A stretch of 64,000 nucleotides of DNA from an uncultured Clostridia bacterium (lineage in GTDB: Bacteria; Bacillota; Clostridia; TANB77; CAG-508), in contig CAKPRA010000004.1 of assembly GCA_934180065.1 (NCBI GenBank), positions 4,786-68,785 of the forward strand, in the 5' to 3' direction. The notes beneath the pieces were generated by a model that did not search any database, was not told the DNA's origin, and was given only the letters and a program-made list of their open reading frames with translations. This document shows, one piece after another, positions 9,901 to 19,055 of this stretch. Position numbers and translations under genes: made by a program. How positions within the stretch are numbered: the first letter of the stretch is position 1; each line of letters starts with the position of its first letter.

Positions 9901-10703
9901 TAAAAAGTGAAGATATTGAACAATTGAAAGATAAAATATTGTGGTCATATAAATATGCAGACTCTGTTGAGATTCCAACTAAGACATCTGTTACAAAAAT
10001 AAAGGAGCTTTCAAATGAAGAAAATATTGTAAGTATAGAAGAGCTAGAGGAACAGAAAGAATTCAAAAAGGAAATGGCAAAACCTAAATTTTTAAATGAA
10101 GAAGAGAAACTTTCAGCAGCACAAAAAGGTACATTAATGCATTTATGTTTTCAAAGGCTTGATCATACTAGAGATTATACAAAAGCACAGATACAGGACT
10201 TTGTGCAAGATTTGGTAAATAGAAATATAATAACAAAATTAGAAGCAGATAGCATTAATATAAATAAGCTTTTTGATTATACTAATTCAAGCTTATGGAA
10301 AGAGCTTAAATTGGCTAAGAAAGTTTATAAAGAGCAACCATTTTATATTAATTTAAAATCAAAAGATATTTATAATAATAATTCAAATGAAAATATTCTA
10401 GTTCAAGGAATTATAGATTTATATTATATAAATAAAAATGATGAAATAATTTTAGTTGATTATAAAACTGATTGGATTGAAGAAGGAGAAGAGCTTAAGC
10501 TGGTTGAGAAATATGCCAAACAGCTAGAAATATATAAAAATGCATTAGAGCAAGCATTAGGTAAAAAAGTAAACAAAAAATATATTTATTCTGTGTCAAT
10601 GGGGACGGTTCTCCTTGACACGTCTTGTCAAAAAGTGTCAATAGGGACGGTTCTCCCTGACACGTCTTGTCAAAAAGAACCGTCCCCATTGACCGCCAAT
10701 TGA
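6954..10703 (+). CDS. addA: ATP-dependent helicase/nuclease subunit A (AddA/RexA-like: UvrD helicase plus C-terminal PD-(D/E)XK nuclease). The C-terminal 35 aa are encoded by REP repeats
   Basis: The Walker A motif is GSGKTAVLVERI and the UvrD motifs are present. The nuclease motif is IDLYY...VDYKTD. The tail VSMGTVLLDTSCQK... is a translated REP. Confidence 0.8.
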   Translation: MADVKWTNEQKDAIFDKGSNILVAAAAGSGKTAVLVERIINKVINENVDIDKILVVTFTNAAASEMRERILEAIYKKMEELPDNKNLQKQVILINKASICTIDSFCLDVIRNNFFEIDVSANFRVADTTEIELLKQEVIDDIFEEKYISNDKKFLKLINTYTTYRDDEPLKELLLNIFRYIQSNPFPNQWLHEKIEMFNLNKSDDFSNTLWGKILLENLNQELSDYVINLKKIERDLARFEELEKYRLVISEDIINLEYVQENLGSWDNAYEKASNIKWTNWPKDSKITLELKETAKSLRDSIKNKYKKTISKVLLYNSKEANENIYNMYEILKDVETLVLEFSEQFALRKKEKNMVDFNDIEHFALNILVKRNDDGTIEETDIAKKYKEKFTEIAIDEYQDSNYVQEYILTSVSKGNNVFMVGDVKQSIYKFRQACPDLFLEKYNKYNLKNENIVNGQKIQLFKNFRSRSNILDVTNIIFENIMSEKLGDIKYDKTEFLNLGADYKEPSDSEIKNFAGKTELHVIDLKEPEINVFKDIQEDEEEEDNSNQERIEDVVLEARFVAREIKKLIDSDYMVFDKKTKEYRHITYKDIALLLRATSVTAPIYENEIAKLNMPVFSDVSSEYLESMEIQTIMATLKIIDNPMQDIPLVTVLRSVIGGFTDNELVKIRLKNKKQSFYKSLEEYDGDDNLKSKIDVFLLSIKKWQEQEKYMALDELIWQIYIDTQFYNYVTLMPNGALRQANLKMLFERAKQYESASFKGLFNFISFIDKLHTSSGDLSSAKLIGENENVIRIMSIHKSKGLEFPVVYLCGTGKQFNMQDLNKNILLHQDLGIGPKYINNERNIEYNTLAKEAIKIQTKLESLSEEMRVLYVALTRAKEKLIITGICKDADKSFKEKQDLISTYKAVSNNNEISASIIKQYKTYLDWITLVYFNNINIIKDYIDLEIHKKTDLIKEFEKSKEQVLERDIFKELKQKSKNVKSEDIEQLKDKILWSYKYADSVEIPTKTSVTKIKELSNEENIVSIEELEEQKEFKKEMAKPKFLNEEEKLSAAQKGTLMHLCFQRLDHTRDYTKAQIQDFVQDLVNRNIITKLEADSININKLFDYTNSSLWKELKLAKKVYKEQPFYINLKSKDIYNNNSNENILVQGIIDLYYINKNDEIILVDYKTDWIEEGEELKLVEKYAKQLEIYKNALEQALGKKVNKKYIYSVSMGTVLLDTSCQKVSIGTVLPDTSCQKEPSPLTAN

Positions 10704-10730
10704 CCACCAATTGACCGGCCAGATTGACAC
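10595..10730. repeat. REP cluster: two direct copies, one inverted copy, then a CCAATTGAC array
   Basis: gtcaatggggacggttctccttgaca, then gtcaatagggacggttctccctgaca, then ttgtcaaaaagaaccgtccccattgac. These are followed by cgccaattgaccaccaattgaccggccagattgacac with a period of about 10-11 bp. Confidence 0.85.
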
Positions 10731-10746
10731 ATGAAAGGAGTTTTTT

Positions 10747-10983
10747 ATGAGGTTAGATAAATTTCTTAAAATATCAAGAGTTATAAAAAGAAGAACTGTA
10801 GCTAATGAGGCTGCAGATAATGGAAGAGTTTCTGTTAACGGAAAAGTTGTAAAACCAAGCTATGAAGTGAAGATTGGTGATATTGTAGAAATACAATTTG
10901 GAGATAAAATTAGTAAGTTTGAAATTATTGAAATTCCAAAAGTTCAAGGGAAAAATATGGGAGAGCTTATTAAAATCTTGTAA
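10747..10983 (+). CDS. S4-domain RNA-binding protein (YabO/Hsp15-like)
   Basis: 78 aa. S4 fold motif: MRLDKFLKISRVIKRRTVA...NGRVSVNGKVVKPS. Confidence 0.75.
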   Translation: MRLDKFLKISRVIKRRTVANEAADNGRVSVNGKVVKPSYEVKIGDIVEIQFGDKISKFEIIEIPKVQGKNMGELIKIL

Positions 10984-11039
10984 AATATGTTGACAAAGAA
11001 AAAATTTAATGCTAACATATAAAACAATTAAAATAACTA

Positions 11040-11250
11040 TGTTAAAAAGAAAATTAGTAGAAATCTATAATTCAAAATAAAGAGAGATAATGGTTGGTGT
11101 TAATTATCAGAATATAGATTCCGAATTACAATTCTTATAGTAGTTACGTTAAAGATTACGAAAATCTAAAATAAGGCAAAGTAAAATTTGTAAAAAAAGG
11201 TGGTACCACGAGCTAATTCGTCCTTTAGGATTAATTAGCTCTTTTTGTGT
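11040..11250 (+). promoter_or_regulatory. T-box riboswitch leader of tyrS
   Basis: The conserved T-box sequence aaaggtggtaccacgag (about 11195-11212) is followed by a terminator hairpin gctaattcgtcctttaggattaattagc and a T-run. Confidence 0.7.
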
Positions 11251-11382
11251 ATAATGGAATTTCTATTATAACATTATAAAAATTATAAAAAAAGCAATGC
11301 CACAAAAAGAGAAATAGTTTGAAAGAAATAAAAAGCTTTCATAGCTATATGTGCCTTTAGAAAGAAAGGAAGGGAATTTATT

Positions 11383-12546
11383 ATGAAAGAATTAGATTTA
11401 ATTAAAAGAAAAGCAGTTCAAATTATCTCCGAAGAGGATTTAGAGAAAAAGTTAAAATCAGGAAAAAAACTAGTCATTAAGCTAGGTGCTGATCCAAGTA
11501 GACCAGATTTACATTTAGGTCATACAGTTGTTTTAAAAGCACTAAAATCATTCCAAGATATGGGACATGAAGTTGTTTTTGTTATTGGAGATTATACAGC
11601 TATGATTGGAGATCCAACAGGTAAAAACAAAACAAGACCAGCATTAACATATGAACAAGCTCATTCCGCAGGTGAAAGCTATTTTAAACAAGTAACTAAA
11701 ATACTTGATCCTGAAAAAACAAGAATTGTCTTTAATTCTGATTGGTTAGCAAAACTAAATTTAAAAGATGTATTGAATTTAGCAAGTAAATATACTGTTG
11801 CAAGACTTCTAGAAAGAGATGACTTTAAAAATAGATATGAAAATAATTTACCATTAAGTATGCACGAAATGTTTTATCCATTAATGCAAGGTTATGATTC
11901 TGTAGCATTAAATGCAGATATAGAGATTGGTGGAACAGATCAAACATTTAATTTATTAGTTGGTAGAGAGCTACAAAAAAATTATGAGCAAGAGCCTCAA
12001 GTTGTTATTACTTTCCCATTATTAGTAGGGCTTGATGGAAAAGAAAAAATGAGTAAATCATTAGGAAACTATATTGGAATAGATGAAGCTCCAGAAGTAA
12101 TGTATGAAAAAGCTATGAAAATTCCTGATGATGTATTATTTGATTATTTTAAATTAACAACAGATGTTGATTTAGTAAAAGCACAAGAGCTAATATCTTC
12201 TGATATAATTTCAGCACACAAATTATATGCTGAACAAATAATTACAATGTACCATGGAGCTGAATTTGTAAAACAAGCAGAAGAGCGTTATACGCAAGTT
12301 GCCAAAGGTGGAATTCCTGAAGATATTAAAGAATTTAATTTAAGCTCTGAATGTACAGAAATTAAGCTTTGTGATGTTTTGGTAAAAGTAGGTTTCGCAA
12401 GCTCTAAAAGTGAAGCAAGAAGAATGATTCAAGGCAATGGTGTTAAAATTAATTCTGAAGTAGTAAATGATATAAATGCAGATATTAAACCATCTGAAGA
12501 GCCTGTTATTCAATTTGGAAAAAATAAATTTATAAAAATAAAATAA
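11383..12546 (+). CDS. tyrS: tyrosine--tRNA ligase
   Basis: HIGH-type motif (HLGH), KMSKS, and a C-terminal S4 domain. 387 aa. Confidence 0.9.
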   Translation: MKELDLIKRKAVQIISEEDLEKKLKSGKKLVIKLGADPSRPDLHLGHTVVLKALKSFQDMGHEVVFVIGDYTAMIGDPTGKNKTRPALTYEQAHSAGESYFKQVTKILDPEKTRIVFNSDWLAKLNLKDVLNLASKYTVARLLERDDFKNRYENNLPLSMHEMFYPLMQGYDSVALNADIEIGGTDQTFNLLVGRELQKNYEQEPQVVITFPLLVGLDGKEKMSKSLGNYIGIDEAPEVMYEKAMKIPDDVLFDYFKLTTDVDLVKAQELISSDIISAHKLYAEQIITMYHGAEFVKQAEERYTQVAKGGIPEDIKEFNLSSECTEIKLCDVLVKVGFASSKSEARRMIQGNGVKINSEVVNDINADIKPSEEPVIQFGKNKFIKIK

Positions 12547-12617
12547 AACATAACATAAATTTACAAGTAGATAATAAGATTTATAAAATAATAATCACGC
12601 AAAATTAGGAGGAAAAG

Positions 12618-13538
12618 ATGGATATAATTAAAGCAATTATTTTCGGTATTGTTGAAGGAATAACTGAATGGTTGCCTGTTAGTAGTACAGGACACTTAAT
12701 ATTGTTCAGAGCATTTTTAAAATTTGAGAATGTTTCTGATGGATTTTTTGAAATGTTTGAAGTTGTAATACAATTAGGAGCAATTTTGGCAGTTGTATTA
12801 ATATATTTCAAGGATATTTGGCCTTTTACAAATAAAAAGGACAGAGCTTTTAAAGCAATAAGATTGATTCCAAATCCAAATAAAAAAATTACAAAAGTTA
12901 TAGCAGGGATATTTAATCCAATATTAAAATTAGGATCACATTTAAATAAAAATATAACTAATTTATGGGGAAAAATACTAGTTGCATGTATACCAGCAGC
13001 TGTAATTGGTCTTATGTTTGATGAAAAATTTGAAGAGCTATTTTATAACCCAACATGTGTTGCAATAGCATTAATTACTTTTGGTGTGGCTTTTATTGTT
13101 ATAGAAAATTGGCATAAAGGCAGAAAGTCAAGAATCAATGACATATGCGGAATTACATATAAAGATGCTTTAATAATAGGATTATTTCAATTAATTGCAG
13201 CAATATTTCCAGGAGTATCACGCTCTGGTGCTACAATTATAGGAGCATTATTAATAGGAGTTTCTAGAACAGTATCAGCAGAATTTACATTTTATTTAGC
13301 AGTACCGGTAATGTTTGGTGCAAGTTTACTAAAACTTGTAAGATTTGGTTTGCATTTTACAGGGCTTGAAATTGCTGTTCTTTTAATAGGTATGATAGTA
13401 GCTTTTGCTGTGTCAATGTGGATTATCAAGTTCTTAATGAACTATATCAAAAAACATGATTTCAAGGTTTTTGGTGTATATAGAATTATACTTGGTATTA
13501 TTGTATTAATAATTGGTGCAACAGGAGTTCTAAAATAA
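12618..13538 (+). CDS. uppP: undecaprenyl-diphosphatase
   Basis: EWLPVSSTGHL signature. Polytopic membrane protein. A second conserved region reads PGVSRSGATI. Confidence 0.9.
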   Translation: MDIIKAIIFGIVEGITEWLPVSSTGHLILFRAFLKFENVSDGFFEMFEVVIQLGAILAVVLIYFKDIWPFTNKKDRAFKAIRLIPNPNKKITKVIAGIFNPILKLGSHLNKNITNLWGKILVACIPAAVIGLMFDEKFEELFYNPTCVAIALITFGVAFIVIENWHKGRKSRINDICGITYKDALIIGLFQLIAAIFPGVSRSGATIIGALLIGVSRTVSAEFTFYLAVPVMFGASLLKLVRFGLHFTGLEIAVLLIGMIVAFAVSMWIIKFLMNYIKKHDFKVFGVYRIILGIIVLIIGATGVLK

Positions 13539-13658
13539 AAATTTGTGAATATAATAATATTAGTTGTAATAAATATTATATTAATAATTCAGGCAATAGT
13601 AAAGCTTGAATAACTTCCAAAACTAATCTAAATACATTTTCAGGAGGTGAATTTTGAT

Positions 13659-13964
13659 ATGGCAATGAGTAAAGCATGGTTCAAGGCTAATACGGAGGAA
13701 ATTGTAAAAATAACAGTCAATTGCCGGAAATTAAACAAAGGCAAGGTTGTTGTTGTTCAGGGTGATAAGTCCAAAGAAATCAATTTACTTAGTCGTGAGA
13801 AGTCTGAACTCAAGATGGTTACTAGAAACTTAATTTGTTATGAAGATCTTAAAAATGCAGAAACTATTGAAGAGAGGATTTCTATCATATTAGACGCAGT
13901 CAGAGATTTTGATTTTCCTTTTTATTTCGATTACAGTGTTACTAAAATGATTTTCAACAAATAA
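13659..13964 (+). CDS. hypothetical protein
   Basis: ORF preceded by an RBS (aggagg). No recognisable family. Confidence 0.4.
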   Translation: MAMSKAWFKANTEEIVKITVNCRKLNKGKVVVVQGDKSKEINLLSREKSELKMVTRNLICYEDLKNAETIEERISIILDAVRDFDFPFYFDYSVTKMIFNK

Positions 13965-14240
13965 GAGAATTAGTATTAAAGCATTTGTCATAAGAAAAAA
14001 CATCTATTATCTATTGATATAGATGTTTTTTTGTTGAAACTTTAACTAAAGTATATATTTTGATGTGGATAGTAACAACCTAGTACAAAGGATATGGAAA
14101 ATAACTAAAAAGGCAGTTTACTTTTATTTTTTTAATGATATAATATGTTTGAAGAAAATTTTTAAAATTTATGAAAGGGTATGCTACTTATGAATTTATG
14201 ATTAAATAAATTTTATTAGAGCATAATGGTGATTTATATG

Positions 14241-14639
14241 AAAGATAGTTTAAAAGAAATTATATTATTAGGGCTTGGAGCTGTATCACTTACAGGAGAA
14301 AAAGCTTCTGAATTAAAAAAGGAGCTTTTGGAAAAAGGAGAAGCTCTTTACAAAGAAGGTGCTATAAAAAATGAAGAGCTTAAAAGAGATATAAAAGAAA
14401 AAATAAAAGAAGAGATAAAAGAAAATACAAATATTCAATATGCAAAGGTTACAAAAGATGATCTTGTAGATATTATAAATAGTCTAAGTGATGAGGAAAA
14501 AGAGGAAATTTCTAATTTACTAAAAAATAAATCTGATGATTGCAAATGTAATGAAAATTCTGATAATTGTAAATGTTCAGGAAATACAGAGAATTGCGAA
14601 TGCGAAGATAGCAGTAAAGAGGATAATAAAGAAGATTAA
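14241..14639 (+). CDS. phasin-like protein with a Cys-rich C-terminus
   Basis: The N-terminus LLGLGAVSLTGEKASEL is a phasin-type motif. The protein is charged and helical, with a C-terminal CKCNEN..CKCSG..CEC segment. Confidence 0.45.
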   Translation, partial: KDSLKEIILLGLGAVSLTGEKASELKKELLEKGEALYKEGAIKNEELKRDIKEKIKEEIKENTNIQYAKVTKDDLVDIINSLSDEEKEEISNLLKNKSDDCKCNENSDNCKCSGNTENCECEDSSKEDNKED

Positions 14640-14642
14640 TAG

Positions 14643-14765
14643 CATATTATTATAAATCAATTATGTTATTATAAGTTAATTGTATTATTATAAATTAATT
14701 ATATTATTATAAATTTAATAGTTATATTATTGTGAAAAATAATAATTATATTATTGTAAAAATGA
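14643..14765. repeat. AT-rich degenerate tandem repeat (ttattataaat.aatt, about 20 bp period, about 6 units)
   Basis: Visible directly in the sequence upstream of the UbiB-like gene. Confidence 0.5.
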
Positions 14766-14790
14766 TTTCAAAAGAAAAAGGATAGATAAT

Positions 14791-16335
14791 ATGAATGAAA
14801 AAACAAGATTTAAAGAAATTGTAACAATATTAAGAGAAAGTAATTTAATAACTGGAATTACTCCCGAAAAGGTATGTAATGCAATTTCAAAATTAGGTCC
14901 AACATTTATAAAAATAGGACAAATTATGTCTAGTAGATATGACCTATTACCTCAAGAATATTGCGAGGCTCTTGCAAAATTGAGATCAAATGTTGAACCT
15001 ATGAGTTTTGAAGATGTTTTGGATATTTTAAAAGAAGAGCTAGGAGATATAGATGAAATTTTTGAGAGCATATCCCCAGAAAGTATTGGCTCTGCATCAA
15101 TGGCTCAAGTTCATATTGCAAAATTAAAAAATGGTGAAAATGTAGCTGTAAAAGTTCAAAGAAAAAATATTTATGAAAAAATGACAATGGATGTAAAATT
15201 GCTAAAAAAGGCTATAAGTCTTCTACATCTAAATACAATTATTAAAATAATGGATTTAAATTTAGTATTAGATGAAATTTACAATGTTGCAAAAGAAGAA
15301 ATGGATTTTGAACTTGAAGCAAAACATTTAGAAGAATTTAAAGAAAATAATGTTGATGTTGCATATGTTACTGTTCCAAAGGTATATAAGAATTTCGTAA
15401 CAAAAAAAGCATTAGTTATGGAGTATATTCCAGGAGTAAGTTTAAATGAAAAGCAAAAATTAGAAGAGCTTGGATATGATGTAGAAGAAATAGGATTAAA
15501 ATTAGCAAATAACTATATAAAACAAGCTTTAGATGATGGATTTTTTCATGCAGACCCTCACCAAGACAATATTTTTATTTATGAAGGAAAAATTGTATTT
15601 TTAGATTTAGGCATGATGGGTAGGATAAGTGTAAGATCTAGAAAATTATTAAATGATGCAATGAAAGCGATTATTAATGATGATATAGTAGAGCTTGAAC
15701 ATATTTTGCTTAATTTTTCAACATCTACAAGTACAATAAATCACATGAAATTAAGAGCAGAAATTCAAAATGTATTAGATAAAAATGCTAATGAAGATAT
15801 ACAAAATATAGATATAATAGAATTTACTAATAGTGTAACATCTATTTTACGAAGTAATAACTTGAAACTTGACAATAATATTACACTTTTAATGAGAGGT
15901 ATTTGCGTTATTGAAGGCACATTAGAAAGTATTGCTCCAAACATCAATTTAACAATGGTTTTAAGTAATAAAGTAAAAGAGGATAGTTTTAAAGAGCTAT
16001 TCTCTAAAGAGATGTTAATAAATACGGGTAAAAATTTAGTAGGTGGAGTTAATAGTTTTAGTGAACTACCAACTGAATTGCTTAATTTTGTTAAGGATGT
16101 AAATCGTGGTGAAACAAAGTTTGATATAGAAATGGCAAATTCGGAAAAGCAGGTAGATAAATTAGAAAAAATGCTACACCAAATTGTTATTGGTTTATTA
16201 GATACAGCAGTTCTTTTAGGTGCAAGCATGGTAAATAACCATATACTTAGATGGATTTATTTGGTTTTTGCTTTTATTTTTACAGCATGGTTATTTATAC
16301 AAATGGCTAAAGATCACTTTCATAAAGGTTATTAA
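14791..16335 (+). CDS. ABC1/UbiB-family atypical protein kinase
   Basis: LGPTFIKIGQ motif and a kinase-like core. The C-terminal TM helix is typical of UbiB/AarF. Confidence 0.8.
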   Translation: MNEKTRFKEIVTILRESNLITGITPEKVCNAISKLGPTFIKIGQIMSSRYDLLPQEYCEALAKLRSNVEPMSFEDVLDILKEELGDIDEIFESISPESIGSASMAQVHIAKLKNGENVAVKVQRKNIYEKMTMDVKLLKKAISLLHLNTIIKIMDLNLVLDEIYNVAKEEMDFELEAKHLEEFKENNVDVAYVTVPKVYKNFVTKKALVMEYIPGVSLNEKQKLEELGYDVEEIGLKLANNYIKQALDDGFFHADPHQDNIFIYEGKIVFLDLGMMGRISVRSRKLLNDAMKAIINDDIVELEHILLNFSTSTSTINHMKLRAEIQNVLDKNANEDIQNIDIIEFTNSVTSILRSNNLKLDNNITLLMRGICVIEGTLESIAPNINLTMVLSNKVKEDSFKELFSKEMLINTGKNLVGGVNSFSELPTELLNFVKDVNRGETKFDIEMANSEKQVDKLEKMLHQIVIGLLDTAVLLGASMVNNHILRWIYLVFAFIFTAWLFIQMAKDHFHKGY

Positions 16336-16354
16336 TCAAATTGGAGGAAATTAA

Positions 16355-16879
16355 ATGATTGTTAATAAAGAATTTATAAATTTAGAAGATGCAGTGAATT
16401 ATATATATGAGAATGCGTCTAATTATGCAATAGAAGGTGTTAAGGAAAATATAGGAGGGCCTTTTGGAGCCGGAATAATAGAGAAAATAAATGTTGATAA
16501 TGATATAAAATATATTGTTTTAAATATTTCAAGAAATGAAGTTATAATCAATAAAAATCCTATAAAGCATGCAGAGGTTGTTGCTATTGAAGAAGCATGT
16601 AAAATCAAAGAAAGCTGTTTTTTAGAAAATTGTATCTTAGTGTCAACTGCTAAAAGTTGCCCAATGTGTTTATCTGCAAGTATTTGGGCAAAAATACCAG
16701 TAATATATTATTCTGAAGATTTTGCTCAAGCTTCAAAAAGCGGATTTAAAGATGATGATATATCAGAATATATTAAGGGGAATAATAAAACTTTGATAAA
16801 ACAGATAAATATGAGCAGTTCATTTTGCGCATTGCCTTTTGAAGCGTGGAATAATAAAGAAAAAAAGATACAATATTAG
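16355..16879 (+). CDS. CDA-fold nucleoside/nucleotide deaminase
   Basis: Zinc-binding motifs HAEVVAIEEA and SCPMC. Confidence 0.6.
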   Translation: MIVNKEFINLEDAVNYIYENASNYAIEGVKENIGGPFGAGIIEKINVDNDIKYIVLNISRNEVIINKNPIKHAEVVAIEEACKIKESCFLENCILVSTAKSCPMCLSASIWAKIPVIYYSEDFAQASKSGFKDDDISEYIKGNNKTLIKQINMSSSFCALPFEAWNNKEKKIQY

Positions 16880-16897
16880 GAAAAGAAAAAGGAAAAA

Positions 16898-17073
16898 GGA
16901 AAAGGGGACGGTTCTCTTTTCCCAGATTTGGGAAATAGGGACACAGTCCAAAGCAAATGAGATACGCTTTTTTTCTGTAAAGGGAGAAATAGGGACAGTC
17001 TAGATTAAATGAAATACGCTTTTTTTGGCAAAATGGAGAAAGAAAATGGAAAAGAGAGCCGTCCCCTTTTCCC
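16898..17073. repeat. 176-bp MITE-like element whose terminal inverted repeats carry the REP core
   Basis: The left end is ggaaaaggggacggttctcttttccc and the right end is ggaaaagagagccgtccccttttccc, which is its reverse complement. An internal direct repeat reads aaatga(g/a)atacgcttttttt. Confidence 0.8.
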
Positions 17074-17097
17074 TTTTTGGAGGTTTTGTTATTCAAT

Positions 17098-17499
17098 TTA
17101 TTCAATTATTGACTCAACTTCATGAAAAATAACGAATGACGAGGCAAATATTGGTCCTGAGAGAGCACTTAAAGCATAGGCATAAAATATTGCTCTAACA
17201 TCTGGAATTAATAGTATAATAGCAAATGGAGTAAATGCAACAAGTATCGAAAAAATTATTCTATCAACAATTACTTTGCATTCAAGATCAAGAGCATATT
17301 TTATTAATCCTGCTTTATAATAGCAAAAGATTATTACTGCGGATGATCCGCAACAGGTATTAAATACTACCTCTAAATTTGAATTATTATCGTCAATAAT
17401 TTCAAGGAATATGAGTGTTCCTCCAATAACACTTATTCCTAAGACGATGAAAGCTAATATCCGAAGAACGAATAGTAGCTTTGTGATGATTTTACTCAT
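17098..17499 (-). CDS. small integral membrane protein
   Basis: 133 aa with about 4 predicted TM helices. Confidence 0.5.
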   Translation of the reverse strand: MSKIITKLLFVLRILAFIVLGISVIGGTLIFLEIIDDNNSNLEVVFNTCCGSSAVIIFCYYKAGLIKYALDLECKVIVDRIIFSILVAFTPFAIILLIPDVRAIFYAYALSALSGPIFASSFVIFHEVESIIE

Positions 17500-17734
17500 C
17501 TACTTTCACTCCTTTAAAATATAGTAGGCATAGGAATATTATCCATATGTAACTTATAGTATATCACATTTTATGTAAATTCACAACGGAAATTATGTTA
17601 ACATTCGTAATATTTGTGACTTACAAGTCACAAAAAATTCTAAAAAAAATTTTTTAAGCTATTGCTAAAATGGAAAAAAGGTGGTAAAATGCAATCGATT
17701 TCATAAAATTAAAAAAGGAAAGGATGATTAATAT

Positions 17735-18322
17735 ATGAAAAAAATTACAAAAATTATGTTAGTATTAGTAATGTCAATAGTAGCTTTAACAATGTTTGTA
17801 ACAAAGTCAAATGCTATGACAGCAAGCGAGTTAAAAGCTTACATATGTAATGAAAAAGGAATAAACGGAACAAAATTGGTAATAAGAGATGGAGATAAAG
17901 TAAAGGTTGAAAAATTCTTTGCAAATAATGAAATGACAGATGACCAAGCAAATAAAATAAAAGCTATAATAGATAAAGGAGTAGCATTAATGAATGCAGA
18001 TGGTGCAACAGAGCCAAATCAATTAAGCTCTAAAGCCAAAAAACAAGAGCTATTATCATATGCTCAAGAAGCTGCAGCTGTTATGGGATTAACAGTATCT
18101 TATGATGCAACAGAAGAAAGATTAGACATATACAAAAATGGAGCATTATATGATTCATTAAATTGGGGAGTAACAAAATCAAGCAAAGGTTCAACAGAAT
18201 CAGCACTTGTTCAAACAGGAACAACAAATTATGTATATATATTAATGGCAGGAATAATGTTAATTGCCGGCATTATGCTAGTTGTATCAAGAAAGAAAAG
18301 ATTAAGTGCAGAAGCAAAATAA
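17735..18322 (+). CDS. secreted protein with a C-terminal sorting-signal-like tail (LVQTG, then a hydrophobic stretch, then RKKR)
   Basis: Signal peptide. The tripartite C-terminus resembles a sortase substrate. Sits next to the sortase gene. Confidence 0.55.
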   Translation: MKKITKIMLVLVMSIVALTMFVTKSNAMTASELKAYICNEKGINGTKLVIRDGDKVKVEKFFANNEMTDDQANKIKAIIDKGVALMNADGATEPNQLSSKAKKQELLSYAQEAAAVMGLTVSYDATEERLDIYKNGALYDSLNWGVTKSSKGSTESALVQTGTTNYVYILMAGIMLIAGIMLVVSRKKRLSAEAK

Positions 18323-18944
18323 TCAAATAGCTAAAAGATGGCAAACAATAGAAGCAACTATTATAGATGTAATAGTTGCTTTTATTATTGTTATAGCAAT
18401 AATTCTTACTACTAAAATATTATTTGGAAAACAAATAAAAAAGGCAATTGAGGTAGTAGATATGATATCCATAAAAACAGATAATAGCATAATACCAGAA
18501 ATAAAATTTGACCATGAAAAAAGCACAATAATAAATTATCCTGTATATGGAAGTAGATATGGAAATATAAAAATAGAATCACTAGATATAAGTTTACCAC
18601 TATACTATGGCGACAAATTATCTATATTAAGAAATGGAATAGGACAATCAAGCGGAAGCTATTTTCCTGGAGAAGGCGGATCTATAATATGTATGGGACA
18701 TAATACAAAAGCATTTTTGTATAAGCTTCCTCAAATCAAAAAAGGAGCTATAATCGAAGTAGAAACAACATATGGAACTTTTAGATATAAGGTTGATAAT
18801 ACTAAAGTAGTAAATATGTATAATGTTGATGAACTTCCAATACAAAAAGATGAAGAAATATTAATGTTATATACATGTTATCCTGTAAACGGATTAGGTC
18901 ACAAAACGGATAGATTTGTCGTTTATGCAAAAAAAGTCGAATAA
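18306..18944 (+). CDS. sortase family transpeptidase
   Basis: N-terminal TM anchor and catalytic TLxTC-like motif (LMLYTCYP). A His-containing loop (CMGHNTK) is present. Confidence 0.7.
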   Translation: MQKQNNQIAKRWQTIEATIIDVIVAFIIVIAIILTTKILFGKQIKKAIEVVDMISIKTDNSIIPEIKFDHEKSTIINYPVYGSRYGNIKIESLDISLPLYYGDKLSILRNGIGQSSGSYFPGEGGSIICMGHNTKAFLYKLPQIKKGAIIEVETTYGTFRYKVDNTKVVNMYNVDELPIQKDEEILMLYTCYPVNGLGHKTDRFVVYAKKVE

Positions 18945-19055
18945 ATATGTATATAATTCTAATTAGATATAAATATGGTTTATGGATGACCTTTTTAAAA
19001 TCCAAATATTGTATATAAGGAGAGCTCGTATAATAAAATTATACGATAAAATAAA

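Noticed and set aside
10495-10710. Minus-strand ORF reading through the REP cluster at the addA 3' end.
   Set aside because: It consists of translated repeats and has no RBS.
13647-13658. GTG start at 13647 for the 105-aa ORF, and ORF-caller starts at 14226, 20116, 31423, 41014, 41986, 59687 and 60336.
   Set aside because: Internal ATG or GTG codons with better-spaced RBSs are more plausible. These are 13659, 14241, 20200, 31450, 41023, 41992, 59732 and 60351.
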